DNA of 64,000 bases, from the IMG/VR virus record IMGVR_UViG_3300007552_000001, one strand, 5' to 3'. Shown here piece by piece: positions 58,526 to 64,000 of this stretch. Source of the stretch: an uncultured virus (IMG/VR IMGVR_UViG_3300007552_000001). Lineage: Duplodnaviria; Heunggongvirae; Uroviricota; Caudoviricetes. How positions within the stretch are numbered: the stretch's first letter is position 1; each line of letters begins with the position of its first letter. Both the position numbers and the translations under genes were made by a program. The notes under the pieces are model-generated. The model ran no database searches and was not told where the DNA came from. It saw nothing but the letters and a program-made list of their open reading frames with translations.

Positions 58526-59154
58526 AGAAACTAGAACGCATGCAAAACCTAATCGTAGTTGGACATCCTGATAAAAAATCATTTTGTTATAACGGAATTT
58601 TTAAAACAATCCAAGAATCTCTATTAGATAGTGATTACCTAAATGAAATACAGGTAATAGATTTATATAGAGATGATTTTTCTCAACCAAGAAAAGATCT
58701 TATTAAGGAATATCAAGATGCTGTAACATGGGCGGATAGAATTTACTTTGTATCTCCTGTTTGGTGGTTTAGATTAACACCTAGAATGGAAATATTCTTT
58801 GACGAAGTATTTACCCCAGGTTTTGCGTATAAGTTTGTTCCCCTTTTCGGAGCATACGCATATCCAAAGCCATTCTTGAGTGACAAAAAGGTAAGGACAT
58901 ATATAACCCATGGAGCTCCTTCATTACCGGTAAGAACTCTATATTTAAACTCAGTTAAATTACGTTTAGTGATGGGAGTATTTACATTTGTATTTGGATG
59001 GAATATTTCAAGATGGTTAAAGACAAAACAATTTTGGTCAGTTCCCTTCGTGAGCGATGCAAAAAGAAAGAAATATTTAGACAGAGTTAAAAAAGATATT
59101 AAGAGAGATCTTAAAAAACATCAAACATTACCTATGCAACATGAAAACATATAG
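58522..59154 (+). CDS. Flavodoxin-like NAD(P)H:quinone oxidoreductase
   Basis: GHP...SF, DLY, WAD.I.F..PVWW, F..GFAY, T.G. Confidence 0.85.
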   Translation: MKKLERMQNLIVVGHPDKKSFCYNGIFKTIQESLLDSDYLNEIQVIDLYRDDFSQPRKDLIKEYQDAVTWADRIYFVSPVWWFRLTPRMEIFFDEVFTPGFAYKFVPLFGAYAYPKPFLSDKKVRTYITHGAPSLPVRTLYLNSVKLRLVMGVFTFVFGWNISRWLKTKQFWSVPFVSDAKRKKYLDRVKKDIKRDLKKHQTLPMQHENI

Positions 59155-59392
59155 ACCCACAAAAGAAATGAGAACTAATCCACTTTCCCTACAGGACGGA
59201 GGATCCATAGTAACAGTGATTTACGATGGTTACGTTGTTGAATTTACAAACATCAAATCTCCTTATTCGTATATTTCTTCTATTCGCTTTCGGAAGCGCA
59301 ATGATATTACTCTTAGAGGTTTTTTAATAAACGGTGAAGAATATGACATGTGTGGTGGTAATAAAGAAACAAAAATAAATAAATCAGTATAA
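59141..59392 (+). CDS. Hypothetical protein
   Basis: Coupled ORF. Confidence 0.55.
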   Translation: MKTYRPTKEMRTNPLSLQDGGSIVTVIYDGYVVEFTNIKSPYSYISSIRFRKRNDITLRGFLINGEEYDMCGGNKETKINKSV

Positions 59393-59393
59393 T
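59367..59393 (+). promoter_or_regulatory. Putative middle promoter AAAC-N16-GTATAAT
   Basis: Motif match. Confidence 0.68.
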
Positions 59394-59398
59394 AATAT

Positions 59399-60292
59399 AT
59401 GAAAAACGTATTAGTCACAGGTGGTGCAGGATTTGTTGGAAGCAACCTCATTAAACACCTACAGGAAACCTATCCAAAAATTAAAATAACTTCATTAGAT
59501 AATTACTTTACAGGAAAAGAAGAAAATCATGTTCCAGGTGCAACTTATTATAGAGGACATACTTGGGAAGCAGATACTATTTTTGAAAAATTAACAGAAG
59601 AAGAATATTTTGATACAGTATTCCACTTTGGAGAATATAGTAGGATTGTTCAATCGTTTGAAGATATTGATTTTGTTCATAGGTCTATTCTATCTGGAAC
59701 ACCTGTTATATTAGAACTATGTAGAAAATGGAATTCAAAGTTAATTTATTCTGCATCTAGTTCTAAATTCGGTAACAACGGTGAAGATGAGAATCTTTCT
59801 CCTTATGCTTGGATGAAATCTAAGATGGTAGAATTAATCAAAAACTATAATACATGGTATGATCTTCAATATGAGATCTGTTATTTCTTTAATGTATATG
59901 GACCTGGTCAAATTACATCAGGTGATTATGCAACAGTTGTTGGCATTTTTGAAAGACAATTTAAGGCAGGTGAAAAATGTTCAGTAGTTTCTCCTGGAAA
60001 TCAAAGTAGAGACTTCACACATGTTGAAGACGTAGTTACAGCGCTCGGATTAGCAGCACAGAGAAAGGACAATCACGAATGGCACCTGAGAAGCGGAGTT
60101 AATACTACAATGATAGAATTAGCAGAAATGTATGGTGATTGGGTAATGATTCCTGAAAGAAGAGGCGAAAGGTTTACAAGCGAAGACTTCCCATCAGACA
60201 CTGAAGAAAAATTAGGCTGGAAACCAACTTGGAAATTACAAGATTGGGTAAATTTAGTAACATCATCAAAACAAGAAAAAATTAATGCATAA
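59399..60292 (+). CDS. NAD-dependent nucleotide-sugar epimerase/dehydratase
   Basis: TGGAGFVGS, SASSS, PYAWMK, FNVYGP, RDFTHV.D. Confidence 0.88.
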   Translation: MKNVLVTGGAGFVGSNLIKHLQETYPKIKITSLDNYFTGKEENHVPGATYYRGHTWEADTIFEKLTEEEYFDTVFHFGEYSRIVQSFEDIDFVHRSILSGTPVILELCRKWNSKLIYSASSSKFGNNGEDENLSPYAWMKSKMVELIKNYNTWYDLQYEICYFFNVYGPGQITSGDYATVVGIFERQFKAGEKCSVVSPGNQSRDFTHVEDVVTALGLAAQRKDNHEWHLRSGVNTTMIELAEMYGDWVMIPERRGERFTSEDFPSDTEEKLGWKPTWKLQDWVNLVTSSKQEKINA

Positions 60293-60776
60293 AAAAGGTA
60301 AAATAGTATTAGTAGGAAAGGCAGCCGCTGGAAAAGATTATTTAAGAACTAGATATGAAAATAGAGGTTTCGTTTTTGGAGTCTCTTATACTACTCGTCC
60401 TCCTCGTAAGAAGGCAAACGAACAAGAAGGAGTAGACTATTATTTTGTAAACGAAGATAGCTTTAAAAACATGATCGATAATGATGAATTCGTTGAGTAT
60501 CAAAAATTTAACGGATGGTATTACGGAATCACAAAGGAAGAATTTGAAAGATGTGACGTAATGATTTTAAATGCGGAAGCAGTCGATTTATTAAATGAAG
60601 AATATCGAGGTAGATGCTTTGTAACTTATATAGATATACCAATTGAAGTAAGAAGATCAAGAATTGTTGAAAGAAACGATCCAGACGACAATTTCGAAAG
60701 AAGAATACAGGCAGATGAAGATCAATTTAGAAACTTTTCTAATTTTGATTGTAGAATAACTAACCACAACTTTTAA
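60285..60776 (+). CDS. gmk: Guanylate kinase-like NMP kinase
   Basis: GKAAAGKD, SYTTRPPR, GVDYYFV, WYYG. Confidence 0.85.
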   Translation: MHKKGKIVLVGKAAAGKDYLRTRYENRGFVFGVSYTTRPPRKKANEQEGVDYYFVNEDSFKNMIDNDEFVEYQKFNGWYYGITKEEFERCDVMILNAEAVDLLNEEYRGRCFVTYIDIPIEVRRSRIVERNDPDDNFERRIQADEDQFRNFSNFDCRITNHNF

Positions 60777-60798
60777 AACAACAATAAATAATAATAAG

Positions 60799-61311
60799 AT
60801 GGCAGATTTAAAGATGAACTTATCACAACTAGAAACAAAGAGAGACGAACTTATCAAAGAAATTGATGCGACTTCAAAGGATATGACTAATAAAACCTAT
60901 GATGTTGATTTCGTAAGTAACTCTAATATTAACAAAACATTATCTCATCTAGATAAAAATTACAAATGGACAGTTAAGAATGCTGCTCTTTTAATTAATC
61001 TTCACGAAGCTCTAAAGGCTGAAAAAACTAGAATTTCAAAAGAAGGTGGCGATGCAATAGTAGCCCTAAAAACAGTTCCACTTAATACACTATATAGCGC
61101 TTTGACAACACTTGAAGGAACAGGTGTATCTCAGGCAAAAGCATTTACAACTCTTCTTACGCAAGTTGGTTTCAATATTAGTGAAGCCATGAAAACTATG
61201 CAGGAATCAAATAAAGAAATACAAACTCTTCATGTTTCTTTAGCTGAAGTTGAAAAAGAAATAGAAGAGAATAACGTAGAAACAGTAACACCGGATGAAG
61301 TTAGCAAGTAA
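60799..61311 (+). CDS. Helical hypothetical protein
   Basis: ORF track. Confidence 0.6.
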   Translation: MADLKMNLSQLETKRDELIKEIDATSKDMTNKTYDVDFVSNSNINKTLSHLDKNYKWTVKNAALLINLHEALKAEKTRISKEGGDAIVALKTVPLNTLYSALTTLEGTGVSQAKAFTTLLTQVGFNISEAMKTMQESNKEIQTLHVSLAEVEKEIEENNVETVTPDEVSK

Positions 61312-61810
61312 ATCTAAAAACAGATTAGAACTCTTAGACGTAATTCAAGAAGGAATTACGGTCGAAGATACGACTCTATCTGTTGAAAAGATTAAACAAT
61401 TAGCCTATCCTAGCCTTTTAGAAAAGGTAAGTGGATGGGTTACTGAAAAGAAAGGTTTTAGTGGAGGTCTTGCAAAAGAGAAAGCTAAAACAATGATTAA
61501 ATTTGATAGTAGTAAAACAACAGGTGCAAGGAGTATGCATTTTATGGGAACTACTAACAAGCCCACTCTTACCGTAGAGAGTGCTGGAATTAAGGTTGCT
61601 ATAGAATTTATTAAAGGAGATAGAGGCTCAGATTTAAGAGAAGCTATCGGACAATCAATGATATACTCAACAGCGTATGATTTTGTAATGTGTGTATTTT
61701 TAGATTCAACCGATGATAAAAGAATTAAAGGAGGATCTTCTTCAATCACAGAGCATTATTTTTTAAACAACCTTTGGGATAATTTTAACGTAAAGTTTAC
61801 ATTAGTATAA
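61295..61810 (+). CDS. Hypothetical protein with restriction-endonuclease-like fold traits
   Basis: KP.L.V.....VAIE......LREAIGQ...Y pattern. Confidence 0.4.
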   Translation: MKLASKSKNRLELLDVIQEGITVEDTTLSVEKIKQLAYPSLLEKVSGWVTEKKGFSGGLAKEKAKTMIKFDSSKTTGARSMHFMGTTNKPTLTVESAGIKVAIEFIKGDRGSDLREAIGQSMIYSTAYDFVMCVFLDSTDDKRIKGGSSSITEHYFLNNLWDNFNVKFTLV

Positions 61811-61820
61811 CAAACCATAT

Positions 61821-62351
61821 ATGCAAATATTCGTAACATCAAACCAACAGTTTGGGAGACCTGGGGCTATCAAGAAGTATGATAGACCCTTTTCTTCGCT
61901 AGAAGAAATGAATGAAACATTAATAGAAAACTGGAACCTTACAGTTTCACCCGAAGACGTAGTATATGTTTTAGGTAATTTTGGATGGGATCCGACCACC
62001 GTAGAGAACTGTATTAATACACTAAATGGCCATATATATTTTATAGAAGGAGAATTTGATAAAGCGACTGTTGACGTTTCTATGCTTCCTAACGCAGATA
62101 AGAAGATGGAAGAAATAGGACAAATAGACTTTTTACCAGAAATGGACGCATGTATGTCTTATTGGCCTCTTTCAATTTGGCCTGGTAAATACTTATTAAG
62201 CGGCCATCCTTCTAAGAAAATTAAAACAAGTCCTTCTAAAAAGATAATTAACGTATCATGTGACCAATGGTCTTATAAACCAGTTAACATAAAATCACTG
62301 ATAGGGTTGTTCGAGGAAAATAATTTGAAAAAAAGTGAAAATAAACAGTAA
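61821..62351 (+). CDS. Calcineurin-like phosphoesterase homolog with degenerate metal ligands
   Basis: RPF.S.EEMNE.LIENWN..V...D.VY.LG scaffold intact; SNQQ, GNF and GEFD replace SD.H, GDF and GNHD. Confidence 0.75.
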   Translation: MQIFVTSNQQFGRPGAIKKYDRPFSSLEEMNETLIENWNLTVSPEDVVYVLGNFGWDPTTVENCINTLNGHIYFIEGEFDKATVDVSMLPNADKKMEEIGQIDFLPEMDACMSYWPLSIWPGKYLLSGHPSKKIKTSPSKKIINVSCDQWSYKPVNIKSLIGLFEENNLKKSENKQ

Positions 62352-62400
62352 AAAGTTTTTTTATCTCAGATATTTTGCTTATATTAGTATAGTAATTAAT
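62336..62400 (+). promoter_or_regulatory. Early-promoter repeat copy 5, upstream of ECF sigma
   Basis: 51/52 identical to 63442-63493. Confidence 0.8.
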
Positions 62401-62422
62401 TAAAAACCAAAAAATATAACGT

Positions 62423-63022
62423 ATGGCTACCTACAAACAACTAACTCAAAACTTTCTAGAAACAGGATCAGATCAAGACTTCGCAGCTCTTTACAACAAG
62501 ATAAAGCCAGGTCTAACTTCGTACATTTACAAAATAGTTAAAGATCGTGAAATGGCAGAAGACATTGCAGTAAACACATTAACTAAGATGTGGACCAAAA
62601 TCGAACAATATAACCCAAGTTACGGAATTACTACTTGGTTATATAGAATCGCATTTAACGACTCTTTAGGTTATATTAAAAAAAGAAATCAAACTACGTC
62701 TTTGAGTAAATTATCAGAATATGGCGTAGAAGTAAGTGGCACTGGATCGGTTTCAAATACTCTAAAAGATTTAGTCTTAGATCATGAAGAAAAAACTGAA
62801 CAAGATTATCTAGAAGAAGATGACGCTCTTCAAGACAAATACATTAAAACTCTAGAAGCTATGCAAAATCTAAAAGAAATGTATAGAGATATTCTAGTAG
62901 ACAGAATGGTAAATCATATGAAATATGACCAACTAGCAACTAAATATAAACTTCCACTACAGACTATTAAAAATAGAATTCGTAGAGGTAAAGCTTTAAT
63001 CGTTGAAGCTGTAGAAAAATAA
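62423..63022 (+). CDS. ECF-type sigma-70 factor
   Basis: F..LY, AEDI....L.K.W, TWLYRIA.N (region 2); L...YR, Y..LA....P..T.K.RI.RG (region 4 HTH). Confidence 0.9.
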   Translation: MATYKQLTQNFLETGSDQDFAALYNKIKPGLTSYIYKIVKDREMAEDIAVNTLTKMWTKIEQYNPSYGITTWLYRIAFNDSLGYIKKRNQTTSLSKLSEYGVEVSGTGSVSNTLKDLVLDHEEKTEQDYLEEDDALQDKYIKTLEAMQNLKEMYRDILVDRMVNHMKYDQLATKYKLPLQTIKNRIRRGKALIVEAVEK

Positions 63023-63117
63023 ATATGAAAGGAAGCACAGCATGCAAGAAGGAAAGAAGAATGACCCAGAGTTTGTGTTCTGTTATTGGGACGAATTTAA
63101 ACCTAACGTAGAAAAAG

Positions 63118-63330
63118 ATGATAGTAGTAGTTTACAAGAAGAGCAAGACGGCAAAGAAATTATACATGACAGTGTTCGAAAACGAAGCAACACCGGACAG
63201 GATAATAAATGCGAAAGCAAGAAAACCCCTGATTCCGAATGAATATGAAATCGTAGAATTAGGAATGGGTGCAGGTTTTATTGAAATGTATAAAGATAAG
63301 CATAAAATTAAAAAACATGAATTGGCGTAA
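63118..63330 (+). CDS. Hypothetical protein
   Basis: ORF track. Confidence 0.55.
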   Translation: MIVVVYKKSKTAKKLYMTVFENEATPDRIINAKARKPLIPNEYEIVELGMGAGFIEMYKDKHKIKKHELA

Positions 63331-63457
63331 TCAAATTGACGAATGGGACGAAGAACTTTACGAAGATCGTCCTAGGAAGGGTAAATTGCCTAAAATGAAA
63401 GACGTTGAAAAATCGCTAGCAAGCAAAAAAAGAAAAGATATTGAAAATAAACAGTAA
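63317..63457 (+). CDS. Small hypothetical protein
   Basis: ATG at 63317, MNWRNQIDEW...; ends inside the promoter repeat. Confidence 0.45.
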   Translation: MNWRNQIDEWDEELYEDRPRKGKLPKMKDVEKSLASKKRKDIENKQ

Positions 63458-63500
63458 AAAGTTTTTTTATCTCAGAAATTTTGCTTATATTAGATAAGTA
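63442..63500 (+). promoter_or_regulatory. Early-promoter repeat copy 6
   Basis: TTTTTTTATCTCAGAAATTTTGCTTATATTAG. Confidence 0.8.
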
Positions 63501-63516
63501 ATTAATTAAACAAGTA

Positions 63517-64000
63517 ATGAATCATCAAGAAACATCAATAGAAAAATTAGAATCAGCTCCTCAAAGTACAACTGAGAAAGCAATCGATACTCTATTTTCT
63601 GTACTATGTTCTTCTTCTAAAAAAAGCAAGAAGATAGTTTATGTGGATATGGATGGCGTCTTAGTAGATTTACATGCAAAACTCAGAGAATATCCTGAAG
63701 ACGTTGTAAAATCTCTAGGAAACGATATTGATAAATTACCTGCTCTTTTCCTCGATCCTCCTCCAATGGAAGGTGCGATTGAAGCTTTTAACATTCTTTG
63801 TTCTTTATTCGATGTGTATATTTTATCAACTGCACCGTGGGATAATCCTGAAGCTTTAATGCACAAAAGACTATGGGTTGAAAAGCATCTAGGAAAAAAT
63901 GCATACAAAAGATTAATCCTTTCTCACAACAAACATTTAAATGTTGGAGACTTTTTAATCGATGATAGAACTGCAAACGGAGCTGGTCAATTTACAGGAG
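63517..64000 (+). CDS. 5'(3')-deoxyribonucleotidase, HAD family (3'-truncated, not in ORF track)
   Basis: Manual translation: VYVDMDGVLVD, P..GAIEA, ILSTAPW, K..WV..HLG, GDFLIDDR; open to the window end. Confidence 0.85.
   Translation, partial: MNHQETSIEKLESAPQSTTEKAIDTLFSVLCSSSKKSKKIVYVDMDGVLVDLHAKLREYPEDVVKSLGNDIDKLPALFLDPPPMEGAIEAFNILCSLFDVYILSTAPWDNPEALMHKRLWVEKHLGKNAYKRLILSHNKHLNVGDFLIDDRTANGAGQFTG

Noticed and set aside
61786..61811. Additional middle promoter before the phosphoesterase-like gene
   Set aside because: TAAC-N15-GTATAAC deviates in both the -35 element and spacing, so it was not counted.
63042..63242. 66-aa ORF MQEGKKNDPEFVFCYWDE...
   Set aside because: Overlaps 63118-63330 by 125 nt; it cannot be decided from sequence whether it is translated.
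1376..63976. Numerous minus-strand and nested ORFs in the track (e.g. 1376-1858, 35697-36143, 51139-51687, 63639-63908)
   Set aside because: They lie within well-supported + strand genes and show antisense-shadow composition; only 36241-36753 occupies free space.

Overview
AT-rich, gene-dense 64 kb segment of a large T4-like (Tevenvirinae-type gene set) myophage, almost wholly on the + strand. The lack of Shine-Dalgarno sites and the TATATTAG-type early promoters suggest a Bacteroidota host (inference). Replication genes: a split gp43 polymerase, gp45, gp44/62, gp41, UvsX, gp46/47, RNase H and class Ia RNR. Virion genes: gp20, a gp21-gp22 fusion, gp23, gp17, gp18, gp19, gp14/15 and a tape measure. 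Also present are two tRNAs, a putative DNA-glycosylation cluster (Agt-like GT, gp56-like dCTPase, RmlB, RmlC, cytidylyltransferase) and accessory genes (MgsA, NEIL1-like glycosylase, PspC, Gmk). Main observations: (1) capsid-targeted 'cassette polyproteins' whose unrelated modules are joined by a DNA-conserved ESxVTE[A/G]K linker resembling a prohead-protease site; (2) a three-tier promoter cascade readable from the DNA (early repeat -> phage ECF sigma with AAAC-N16-GTAKAA promoters -> gp55 with RATATATA promoters); (3) a polymerase split at the fingers tip with RNR and clamp genes between the halves; (4) a candidate +1 frameshift at GGG-TTT-CGT before the tape measure; (5) a phosphoesterase with nearly all metal ligands lost. 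All calls come from motif recognition by eye; no database searches were run.
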